Origin: Octopus sinensis
Lineage: Eukaryota
DNA: 14,103 nucleotides
Direction: 5' to 3'
Assembly (NCBI RefSeq): GCF_006345805.1
Contig: NW_021825874.1
Location: 1-14,103, forward strand
Notes under the pieces: generated by a model
The model's input: the letters and a program-made list of their open reading frames with translations, nothing else
Told to the model about the DNA's origin: nothing
Database searches by the model: none
Position numbers and translations under genes: made by a program
In this document: positions 1 through 9,089 of the stretch, piece after piece
Numbering within the stretch: position 1 is the first letter of the stretch
How the letters are laid out: every line of letters begins with the position of its first letter

Positions 1-128
1 TCCAGTTTTGTGAGCCGATGAGCGGTGACACTTCTAAAGAAAGACTCAAACAAGGGGACCTTATAGATAATTTTCGGCCCATCACTCTGCGCAACGCAGA
101 TTTGAAGATTTTGGCCTAGCTGCTAGCA
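1..128 (+). mobile_element. Non-LTR retrotransposon reverse transcriptase fragment, L1/Tx1-like, disrupted
   Basis: Manual translation gives SSFVSR*AVTLLKKDSNKG, then a frameshift in the G run at 54-57, then DLIDNFRPITLRNADLKILA*LLA. This matches the RT motif G(V/I)ITLLxK..NxRPI(S/T)LLNxDxKILAKxLA. It has two stops and a frameshift, and it runs off the window start. Confidence 0.85.
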
Positions 129-295
129 TTATATACATAATGAAAGGGTGTTGCTCCTCATTATCGTATAGTTGTGAAATCCAATCCCAGCTCTTGGATT
201 CCTCTAAACGCTGCATTTCATTTCGCATTGCTCCAGTATATTCAGCTTAAAATGAATATCAGCAGAGACTGTCAAGAACGTTTACCTCAATCAAT

Positions 296-437
296 CTATC
301 CATCTATACATACATATATATATATATATATATAATATATATTAATATACACAACACATACTACATACATGTGTATGTCTATGTGTATGCATGTATATTT
401 ATATAAGTAAATGTGTATATAGTGCGTATGTATATAT

Positions 438-479
<42 letters not shown>

Positions 480-536
480 ATTATAATATATATATATATA
501 TATATAATTTACACCCGCACACACATGTACATACAT
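296..536. repeat. Compound (TATC)/(TA)n/(CA)/(TATG) microsatellite
   Basis: Direct inspection; long TA runs at about 312-340 and 441-507. Confidence 0.9.
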
Positions 537-924
537 AGTCCAACAGAGAGATACTGATATTCTCAGTAGAGAAAACACTTTTTACCCGAAATGTAATAGC
601 TTTTCTACCTCGATGACGGAGGCTCGATTTATCCTATGTTGATTGCTTCCGTTACGGCCGCATACTGTGATGAACTACATCTACCAACATTATGATCGAT
701 CTCCGAGTCCCCAGAAACACCTGACTTATAACACCTTTCTTCCTTCCCTTTAATTTTCTCTGTCGTTTGTACCCTGCATAAGTTGGATCTCTTAATATAA
801 ATATCTACATAATTTATTCTTAAATATTCATCTTCTGAAAGTCTCTACCATTTGTTTTCATTCGTTTTGCATGCTTACATATATACGTATTTTGTAATTC
901 ATACCCAAACTGTTATATTTGATA

Positions 925-1327
925 CAAGCAGTATCGCCCGGCATTGCTCGGGTTTGTAAGGGAAATAACTATATAAGCATTTTTAGAGAGTTATAGCCAA
1001 AAATAGCAAAAAATGCATTAAAAATGGAAAAAAAATGATGGTAGTTTTTTTTAAAAATCGTTGACTCATCGTAGACATTTTATAACTATATATATCTTAT
1101 ATAGTTATATAATAGCGAAAAAATGCATTAAAATGGAAAAAAATGATGGTAATTTTTTTTTTTAAATCGTAGACTCATCGTAGACGCGCGCTAATACCCA
1201 GAAGGGCTCGATATGAATCATGACTATAAGATACCCGGTTTTGGCTAAACTGCACCGCAAAATGTGGGAGTAGTTAGGATCTAAATCGTAGAGACAGACA
1301 CAACAACTTCTCTTTTATATATAAAGA
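925..1327 (-). mobile_element. Non-autonomous Helitron, apparently both termini present
   Basis: The minus strand starts A^TCTTTATATATAAAAG (5' TC). It ends CCCGAGCAATGCCGGG (imperfect GC hairpin, 937-952), then CGATACTG, then CTTG^T. It sits between A and T with no TSD, and CTTG is a one-base variant of CTAG/CTRR. Confidence 0.75.
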
Positions 1328-1357
1328 TATCTAATTTGTTTATACGCATATTGCCTC

Positions 1358-1441
1358 TCTGTCTCTGTCTGTCTGTCTCTCTCTTCCTCTCATCTCTCTA
1401 TCTATATATATATATATATATATAATATAGATATATATGTA

Positions 1442-1486
<45 letters not shown>

Positions 1487-1530
1487 ATATATATATATTA
1501 ATATATATATATATATATAAGATATATATA
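1358..1530. repeat. (TCTG)/(TC)/(TA)n compound microsatellite
   Basis: Direct inspection. Confidence 0.9.
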
Positions 1531-1707
1531 TGTATATTGTAAAAACGGTAAGATAAAAGAAAGAAAGAAAGAGACCTGAATATTATGTAAATAGAGGAAA
1601 TTATATATATATATTTTTATACATTCTTCTCTTTCTCTTTTTAATTTAAAATGATTTTTCATCGGCCGCCTAACTTGGTAGCAAGGTTGTGAAGGAAAGC
1701 ATCCTTT

Positions 1708-1830
1708 AAATCTTAAGACAGTCTTGCAGAGTTTTATAGTCCCAGATATCGCTATCATTTGCTGTGCAGGAATTAAGGATTTGTGCTCTCTTCTCAGGAA
1801 CCCATGTTCAGCTGTATTTTGTTCAATTCG
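1708..1830 (-). mobile_element. Possible extreme C-terminus of an RLE-type non-LTR retrotransposon ORF
   Basis: The minus frame reads RIEQNTAEHGFLRREHKSLIPAQQMIAISGTIKLCKTVLRF. This resembles the terminal Q..AxxGTxxIxxxxL motif of RLE elements (compare KSALFGTARILRKTLF at 6200-6250). The match is short and recognised from memory. Confidence 0.4.
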
Positions 1831-1841
1831 GGTTGGTGCCC

Positions 1842-1899
1842 AAGGTGGTGCCCTAGCATCATCGCACTCTAATGATTGAAACGAGTAAAAGATAAAGAA
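1842..1899 (+). mobile_element. 3' tail fragment of SINE family B
   Basis: AAGGTGGTGCCCTAGCATCATCGCACTCTAATGATTGAAACGAGTAAAAGA aligns with AAGGCGGTGCTCCAGCATGGCCGCAGTCAAATGACTGAAACAAGTAAAAGA at 8730-8780. Confidence 0.8.
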
Positions 1900-1920
1900 A
1901 TATACACGCTCACGCGCACG

Positions 1921-1955
1921 TACCTACCTACCTACCTACCTACCTACCAACCTAC

Positions 1956-2001
<46 letters not shown>

Positions 2002-2010
2002 GTATGTCTG

Positions 2011-2082
<72 letters not shown>
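1921..2082. repeat. Compound tetranucleotide array (TACC)n-(TGTC)n-(TATC)n
   Basis: Direct inspection; it generates the spurious ORFs 1876..2304 and 2004..2204. Confidence 0.95.
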
Positions 2083-2349
2083 CGCATCTGTGTGTGTACT
2101 CGTATATGTATATATGTTTTAAAACTTATAAAATTCACAAAACGTTTCAGTCTTATCTATATTCAGTATTTTATATCAAGACCAAAAATAATGAAGAAAC
2201 ATGAACAAATTTTAGTAAGAAATGAAATGAATGAAACTGAATACTTGTCCGCTGCTTTTCTCGTCGTGCATAAATTTTTAAGCAAAAAATGCCGGTCATA
2301 TTGACCCTACTTGACATCTTGCCCTATGTATGTTTCAAGCTAGTGATTC

Positions 2350-2498
2350 AGCCCCCACTTACCCACCTCCTCAGACAGACACATACTCATGCGCGTGCGC
2401 ACCAATACCCACCCACACTCCACGCACCCACTCACACTCATCCACACCCACACCCACCCGCACTCACCCACACCCACATACACATACGCGCACGCACT
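2350..2498. repeat. Degenerate C/A-rich (CA/CACCCA) low-complexity tract
   Basis: Direct inspection. Confidence 0.8.
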
Positions 2499-2925
2499 CG
2501 AATTGTTTCTGTATGCATGTGTCATATATTTTCCTTTCCCCCTGGTTATCTTGCCTAGATAACCAATTTCCAACTGAAAACAATATCACTGAGCCATCTC
2601 CTAATACAGGAAATGTTCTGCAGGTGCTTCGCTTTGTTTGGGCACACACACATAATTCTGTCTTACCTCAGTTCACTTAATTTTCTTAGAACTTTACATC
2701 ATATAGAATTCAAGAGAACATTGACTCATTTTAGTCCAATACCATGAGGGAAATAACGGAATCAGGTGGAGTTTTGTGTTTCGCATTGGGACTGAAGTGC
2801 TGTTTTCATCACTTTAAATGCTTATTGCACTACCATCATTGTTTTAAGAATGTCATACAAGTATATGTATCATACATTTATCTACCTCTTATAATAATTC
2901 GACCACTGGCCTGTGGCCAGATTGG

Positions 2926-3045
2926 GACATACACACATACAAATGTACACACACACACACACACACACACAACACACACACACACACACCACACACACAC
3001 ACACACACACAGATACACACAGACACACAGACACACAGACACACA

Positions 3046-3086
<41 letters not shown>

Positions 3087-3167
3087 AAACACACAAGTAC
3101 ATATATGTAAATTTTTCTACTTGAAGTATCCGCTGTGTATGTGTGTGTGTGGTGTGTGTGTGTGTGT
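2926..3167. repeat. (CA)n/(CAGA) tract followed by an oppositely oriented (TG)n tract
   Basis: CA-type repeats at about 2926-3095 and TG-type repeats at about 3135-3167. Confidence 0.95.
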
Positions 3168-3174
3168 ACGCTAA

Positions 3175-4800
3175 TATTGATATTTAATATAGACCTCATA
3201 TTTCTTGTGTTCTTGTGAAATCTCTCGAGTATTTGGATCTGTTTTCGATACGGGCTCATGTCCCATAGGTGTCTAGCAGGAGTATGATGACACAAGTACC
3301 TTTCTGAATCGACTCGTTTCAAATCTTCCAAACGCAAATAACCGTTCCCAAGCCCCAAGTTGATTTCTGGGGACTGATATCCGGAGACAGAACTGCCAAG
3401 ATACACAAAAGAATTTACTATATGAAGTTTGATCCTTTGGACAAATGTATTTGGTTCCACATTCGTCTCCCTCGGCGAAGGTAAGCTGTTCAAATACTGT
3501 TCCTGATTTTCTGAATATTTTGTCACGAATGAACCACAAAATCATAATCGTCAGCTTACAGTAAATTGGGAACAGATTACTCCTTTGATTCAGTTTTGAA
3601 ACAATTCACAGATAGACTAAAATACCTAGATCACTGTCGTTAAATGCATAAACAATTTTTCTACCTCAAAGCATATGAAGAAGAAATATAGCACAGGTAT
3701 ATCTCCTCCCTGTTTAAACACCAATGTTCACTTGAACTGTTTCCACCAAAGTACCATATGAGCTGAAGTACGTATTCATATCTCTGTTTCGTCGGACAAA
3801 CCTAAAAACAAACTTAGCTTTTCATCATGTCAATGACTTTCATTAAATCAACAAAAATTTGGTTAAGGGGTGGGTCTGTCTCTCTTATTCCCTTGTCTTA
3901 CAACTGTTTGACGCTAAATATCACATCTGTAGCATCCCTACGAAATCTATAATCCAGATTGAGACTCTGGGACAACGATGGAGCATTAATATATTTGCAA
4001 CCCATCAATAAAAGTCTGGTAAGTATCTTACCAACAATTACAAGTAAGGAAATAACTAAAAAGTTACCATGATTAGATTGAGCACTTTTTCTCTTACAGT
4101 GAAACCTGTATAGTATCTCTACAATCTTGCAAAACTAGTAAACCGTTTCTTAAATTGCTAATTAATGTCACATTTCCATTATGCTGAATAACTTCAGTTG
4201 GTATGCCATTAGCTCTTAGAATTTTTCCTAAATTTGACATATTCTATCTTAGAATTAGTATCTTTAGAATACCTTCTCTATCTAGTAAACAGCGAGGAGC
4301 AATAGTTGGTTGGTGAGGACCAAAGATCTGCTTTAACAAGCTGTATATTTTTTTTTTATCAAATGTCAGTTGTATATCTGTGGATATGCTCAATTGTTAA
4401 GTGTTCTTCATTGTTTTTAATTTCCTCTGCAATGTTGATTCATGATACTTCAATAATTTTTCTGTCTTCGAATATTTCTTTTTAGGTCAGTTAGGATTGA
4501 AGAATTTCTGGTATAATTTATGCTTGGTGTCTAGAAGCTCTGATATTTCTGATTTATTTTCATCGAATCCATCTTTGCTAATCCCGAAGCCCAAAATATT
4601 AATAGCAGTGGGTAAACGCTTTGATCACGAACTATCAGGTGATGAACTTTCAGGATTTTCATGGAAAGATGCAAAGTTTGTTGAGCTTTGGAGTTTATCA
4701 ACATTCAGCCGTTTCAGAGCTTTTACGCTATGTGATGTAAAATTTCTCTAAACAAACTTCAGTTTTATTCGTCAATACGTCGCCCCAGACAAGACTTTGA
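3175..4800 (-). mobile_element. Decayed RTE-clade (BovB-like) LINE: linker plus RT domain
   Basis: Collinear minus-strand motifs, in order: KRLNVDKLQ; DGFDENKSEISELLDTKHKLY; LQRKLKTMKN; YSLLKQIFGP; ANGIPTEVIQH; VLQDCRDT; NHGNFLVISLLVIVGKILTRLL; TDVIFSVKQL*DK; QIFVDLMKVID; GV/KQG; LL*ADD (3547-3558, the YADD site); VEPNTFV..LHIVNSFVYLGS; ERFH..MRSILNI. There are many stops, frameshifts and deletions. Confidence 0.9.
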
Positions 4801-4899
4801 CATTGGCGTGGAGAGAATGGTGCTTGTGAGAGAGCTCCTGTTGAGTAAAGAGTTATTGCATACACAAAAAAGGAAGTGGCATGACGCCTACAATACAGG

Positions 4900-5638
4900 G
4901 TATGCGAATTTTAATGATGCAGTCACTCGTCATTGGATGGTTACTCATCTTTTTCAAACTTGTGTTAAGACTTCTGTATGTAGCTATGCAGTAACTTAAT
5001 TTTCCTAGAGTTTGTAAACTGTGTTCCATAATTGGGATAATTCTTAATAAAATGAGTCTGCAAATTCCTTGACATTTGTTGTCCATCTTTTATAATTTTT
5101 GCAGTAATCTGTGAGTCTGGCTCATTAATATCAAACTCGCTTTCATAATTTGGAATTTTGGTGACCATATCAACGAAATCTTTTTTATTCACTTCCTGGT
5201 CTGTATAGAATACCCCAATTGCTTCGACAACAAAATCACCCAATCCTTCATCAAGAGATGCGGCGATATTAATTATGTCTCTGAGTAGATTTTGTTTCAA
5301 CATCACTACCATTTAGAACTTATTCAGGCAAAATGACCTTCAATCATGCCCCTTGAGTTAGCTCATACAATGAAGAATATTAATTTTTTTCATATCTTTT
5401 AGTTTTCTGCCATTCACCTATTTTTTTACGCGAATCTTTAGTATGATTTGTCTTAAAATTACAAATCATGCCTTGATCAAAAGGTTGTATAAGCGGTGTG
5501 ATATTGGGTATTAAGAACAGAAATTTAACGTAAGGGTATTCTAAATGACAAGGACAGGATGAACTGTTATCAATTTGTTATATAAAATTTATTATTTTCC
5601 TTTGTATAAATTTCAGCTTTAAAAACAAAGATGTGGTA
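4900..5638 (-). mobile_element. pogo/Tigger-family DDE transposase, C-terminal part, decayed
   Basis: The minus strand reads IDNSSSCPCHLEYPYVKFLFLIPNITPLIQPFDQGMICNFK, matching the DDE_1 motif LDNAxxH..FLPPNTTxLIQPxDQG.I..FK. It continues into the Tigger-like acidic tail DIINIAASLDEGLGDF..QITAKIIKDG..NYPN (ORF 4965..5312). Confidence 0.88.
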
Positions 5639-5640
5639 AA

Positions 5641-5772
5641 ACTAATTTATCGGCCCCGAAAGGATGAAAGGCAAAGTCGACCTCGGTGGAATTTGGACTC
5701 AGAACGCAGCGACGGGTGAAATACCGCTAAGCATTCCGTCCAGTCTGCTAACGATTCTGGCAGTTTGCCGCC
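5641..5772 (-). mobile_element. tRNA-derived SINE family A (MetaSINE-like central domain), 3'-truncated
   Basis: The minus strand has a GGCGGCAAACTGCCAGAATCGTTAGC head, a degenerate B box and GCCTTTCATCCTTTCGGGGCCGATAAATTAG. It aligns with 6278-6444 and 10261-10380. The Meta-domain label is from recollection. Confidence 0.85.
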
Positions 5773-5775
5773 ATT

Positions 5776-5777
<2 letters not shown>

Positions 5778-5825
<48 letters not shown>
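5778..5825. repeat. Perfect (AAT)16
   Basis: Direct inspection. Confidence 0.95.
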
Positions 5826-5827
<2 letters not shown>

Positions 5828-6277
5828 ACCAGAAACATACAACAGAAAAGGTAATGGACGAAAAGGGGAAGGCAAAAATCCTCTGGGACTTTGATTTCCA
5901 GACAGACAAAGTGTTAGAGCACCGAAGACCGGATATTGTAAACTTTAGGAGGGACAAACAAGTGTGCCTAATATTCGATGTAGCAGTTTCAGATCAACAT
6001 ATCATCATGAAAGCAAGAGAAAAATATGATAAATATGGAGACCTGCGAATTGAGATCGCTAAGATGTGGCAGCTACGAGAGTCAAACATAAAGGTTATCC
6101 CTATTGTCATCGGAGCATTGGGTTCAATACCACCCAATCTGAAAAAAAAAAAAACATTTGAAAACCTTAGAAATACCCTACAATCTAGATGTATTGTAAA
6201 AGTCAGCATTATTTGGAACTGCGCGCATATTGCGTAAAACACTGTTTGTCTGAGATCCTCGTTGTGATTTGACAAAC
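5826..6277 (+). mobile_element. 5'-truncated RLE non-LTR retrotransposon (R4/Dong/NeSL-like): restriction-like endonuclease domain and start of 3' UTR
   Basis: It reads KVMDEKGKAKILWDFDFQTDKVLEHRRPDIV..LIFDVAV..KAREKYDKYGDLRIEIAKMW..KVIPIVIGALGSIP, the PD..D..K endonuclease. After a frameshift in the A13 run (6142-6154) it continues HLKTLEIPYNLDVL*KSALFGTARILRKTLFV, with the stop at 6251-6253. Confidence 0.92.
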
Positions 6278-6444
6278 AGTTCAATTACATCGACGCCAGT
6301 GTTTCACTAGTACTTAGTTTATCGACCCCGAAAGGATGAAAGTCAAAGTCGACATCGGCAGAATTTGAACTCAGAAGATGAAGACAAACGAATTACTGCT
6401 AAGCATTTCGCCCGGCGTGCTAACGATTCTGCCAGCTCACCGCC
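6278..6444 (-). mobile_element. tRNA-derived SINE family A, 3' end missing
   Basis: The minus strand reads GGCGGTGAGCTGGCAGAATCGTTAGC (A box-like), GTTCAAATTC (B box, 6361-6370), then CTTTCATCCTTTCGGGGTCGATAAACTAAGTAC. Confidence 0.9.
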
Positions 6445-6495
<51 letters not shown>

Positions 6496-6574
6496 TAATA
6501 ATAAAAATAATATAATAATAATAATAATGATAATATAATAATAATATAACAACAACAATCATAGTATAGTAGTA

Positions 6575-6607
<33 letters not shown>

Positions 6608-6689
6608 AGTAGTAGTAGTAGTAGTATGATTATAATATGATGATGATAATAATAATAATAATAATAATAATAATATAATATACTAATAA
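6445..6689. repeat. Compound trinucleotide array (AAT)n-(AAC)-(AGT)n-(GAT)-(AAT)n
   Basis: Direct inspection. Confidence 0.95.
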
Positions 6690-7494
6690 TGTGAATCACT
6701 CATTAGATTCTTTGAATTTGATAACCACTTTTCCTTTTCTTGTAAAATTCTCTATGGTATTTCTTTCCGGAGAGGACTAGTTTCATCCATATTAAATATT
6801 TGCTTTAAAGATTTGGTACGTTCTTCAAATATTTTCGCTAATTGTGGAACAATTTATTCGGCAGTTTTGTCATCGCTTGATCCACTTTTACCGAGCAGTT
6901 TGACATTATGTAGAAAGGTTTGATTTAAAAAAAAAAAAACAACTTTTCAAGCCATCACGACCACCCTAAAATCTAGGTTGTAGCTGATTAAATTTGATAC
7001 ATAATTTTCATTTCATTAAAATTCTAACTGATGTCAGCCGTATTGCATAGCTATCCATGAGCAATCATTCTTCAAGTTATATTTCCTGTTCATTATGCTG
7101 TTACGTATGTATGATATGATTTTTTTTTATTATACTGAAGATTCTGGGATTATTGTGACTCTGATTTTTCATGCGTTTCTTTAGATTTTTCTAACAGTTT
7201 CTCTATATTAAAATATCTGGCTGTTTTTGTCGATTCCCTTCTACTATGTTAAATATTTAAATTTATATTTCCAGAGAAATAATAACTAAAATACAAAAAC
7301 ATATCTAAAGTTCTGCTTTGTGCGCGGTTTACCTCACTAGTGTAGTTAAAATAAAATGAAAGCAAGTTGAAAAACCAAATTGGAAACGACTAAGTGGTGT
7401 TTCGGTGAACGGAGGGTTAAAATAATTTTCACCAAAATGAAAACTGTGCAAAAATGAAAACGTTGAAGTCAGATACTGTGTAAAGCGAGGAGCG
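6684..7494 (-). mobile_element. pogo/Tigger transposon 5' part: TIR remnant, HTH-psq, CENP-B HTH and start of the DDE domain
   Basis: Minus-strand motifs in order: IISLE; ARYFNIE/TVRKI*RNA*KIR; CSWI; WLEK; LHNVKLLGKSGSSDDKTAE*IVPQLAKIFEE; QIFNMDET..KEIP*RI; KFKESNE*FTLL. The terminus TA-CGCTCCTCGCTTTACACAG resembles a degraded Tigger-type TIR, with TA at 7495-7496. Confidence 0.87.

Positions 7495-7589
<95 letters not shown>
7495..7589. repeat. (TATC)n array
   Basis: Direct inspection; pure repeat. Confidence 0.97.
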
Positions 7590-8042
7590 GAGGGTTACCC
7601 ACTTGCAAACAAATGTGGTAACATATAACAATATTGACCAAGGTTACCGTGGTCTTTTTCGTAGGCTTTTCTTCCCACGGATAAACCTTACTTGCTTTCC
7701 CCTTTACACCGTATATCATAACACTGTGATACACGATCCCTATTGATCGTTCTTTTTCTTCCTCTTCCCCTTTTTTTTCCCCTTTTTTCTTCTTTTTTCT
7801 TTCTCTTTCCTTTTGTTCCTTTTCCTTTTCCTTTTTTTTTTCTTTCTATTCTTTTTATTTTATTCAATTTTTTGTTTTTGTTCTTTTCTTCCTTTTTTAC
7901 GATCCCTCTTGATCGAAAAACCTACGCCAACCCCCCCCTTTTTTTTTTCTTTTGTTTTTGTTTCTCTTCATCCCCCAAAAGAAAAGCTCTACCTTGTAAC
8001 TTGTCCCATCTGTGTGCAGCCCTGTGTGGCCAATAAAGAAAC

Positions 8043-8043
<1 letters not shown>
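7590..8043 (+). mobile_element. Probable 3' UTR of a 5'-truncated non-LTR element inserted in (TATC)n
   Basis: About 450 bp of non-coding sequence flanked by same-orientation TATC arrays. It has several hairpins, a long T-rich tract, and AATAAA at 8032-8037 immediately before the repeat resumes. No coding sequence is present to fix the clade. Confidence 0.6.
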
Positions 8044-8112
<69 letters not shown>

Positions 8113-8125
8113 GTCTATCTGTCTA

Positions 8126-8157
<32 letters not shown>
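8044..8157. repeat. (TATC)n-(TGTC)n array
   Basis: Direct inspection. Confidence 0.95.
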
Positions 8158-8320
8158 CACACATATATACATATCTAAAAACAATTAGCGAATGCATAGT
8201 AACGCTACTTAGTCATAGACATTTGCGGGTGACAGCAGTTGTATGTATGTATATATGGCTGTGCGTGTGTATATGTATACGTGTGTATATGTATACACAC
8301 ACGTATAGTAATGTTTGTTT

Positions 8321-8378
8321 TTATGTAAAGTTATATAGGTTATATAAGGTTATGTAAAGTTATATAAGTTATATAAAG
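8321..8378. repeat. 9-10 bp minisatellite TTAT(A/G)TA(A)(A/G)G x6
   Basis: Units are ttatgtaaag, ttatatagg, ttatataagg, ttatgtaaag, ttatataag and ttatataaag. Confidence 0.8.
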
Positions 8379-8384
8379 TTAATA

Positions 8385-8806
8385 GGCGCAGGAGTGGCTG
8401 TGTGGTAAGTAGCTTGCTAACCAACCACATGGTTCCGGGTTCAGTCCCACTGCGTGGCATCTTGGGCAAGTGTCTTCTGCTATAGCCCCGGGCCGACCAA
8501 TGCCTTGTGAGTGGATTTGGTAGACGGAAACTGAAAGAAGCCTGTCGTATATATGTATATATATATGTGTATGTGTGTGTTTGTGTGTCTGTGTTTGTCC
8601 CCCTAGCATTGCTTGACAACCGATGCTGGTGTGTTTACGTCCCCGTTATATAGCGGTTCGGCAAAAGAGACCGATAGAACAAGTACCGGGCTTACAAAGA
8701 ATAAGTCTTGGGGTCGATTTGCTCGACTAAAGGCGGTGCTCCAGCATGGCCGCAGTCAAATGACTGAAACAAGTAAAAGAGAGTAGAAGAGAAAAGAGAG
8801 AAAGAG
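8385..8806 (+). mobile_element. Full-length tRNA-derived SINE family B (CORE-like segment, internal microsatellite, purine-rich tail)
   Basis: A box TGGCTGTGTGG (8395-8405) and B box-like GGTTCAGTCCC (8438-8448). CORE-like CTTGGGCAAG follows, then an internal TA/TG tract, then the 3' end ATGACTGAAACAAGTAAAAGA with an (A/G)-rich tail. A paralogue lies at 12261-12602. Confidence 0.92.
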
Positions 8807-8925
8807 GTAAACTATTTAACATTAAACTGTTGGGTCACTATATTTTTTAATAGAGTACATACTTATCAATTTTAATAGCGGTTATCATGCTGTTACTGTT
8901 GACCGTTTCCAGTTAATATAGTATC

Positions 8926-9008
8926 AATTGGAACTCAGAACGTAAAGACGAATGAAATGCCGCTAAGCATTTTACCCAGCGTGCTAAAGATTCTACTAGC
9001 TCGCTACC
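8926..9008 (-). mobile_element. 5' (tRNA-head) fragment of SINE family A
   Basis: AATTGGAACTCAGAACGTAAAGACGAATGAAATGCCGCTAAGCATTTTACCCAGCGTGCTAAAGATTCTACTAGCTCGCTACC aligns with 6362-6444. Confidence 0.85.
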
Positions 9009-9014
9009 TTTATA

Positions 9015-9015
<1 letters not shown>

Positions 9016-9089
<74 letters not shown>

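Noticed and set aside
225-256. Resemblance to the SINE-B tail (TGCTCCAG..AAATGA)
   Set aside because: Too short and diverged to call.
600-773. Short open frames such as MNYIYQHYDRSPSPQKHLTYNTFLPSL in unique sequence
   Set aside because: Under 35 codons, with no convincing splice sites or homology.
4291-4300. AGCGAGGAGC, identical to 7484-7493, as the partner TIR of the Tigger element
   Set aside because: It is in the same orientation rather than inverted, and lies inside RTE coding sequence; a 10-bp chance match.
4894-4915. TA-CAGGG as the Tigger 3' TIR
   Set aside because: It shows no similarity to the CCTCGCTTTACAC core at the 5' end, and it leaves no room for a 3' UTR.
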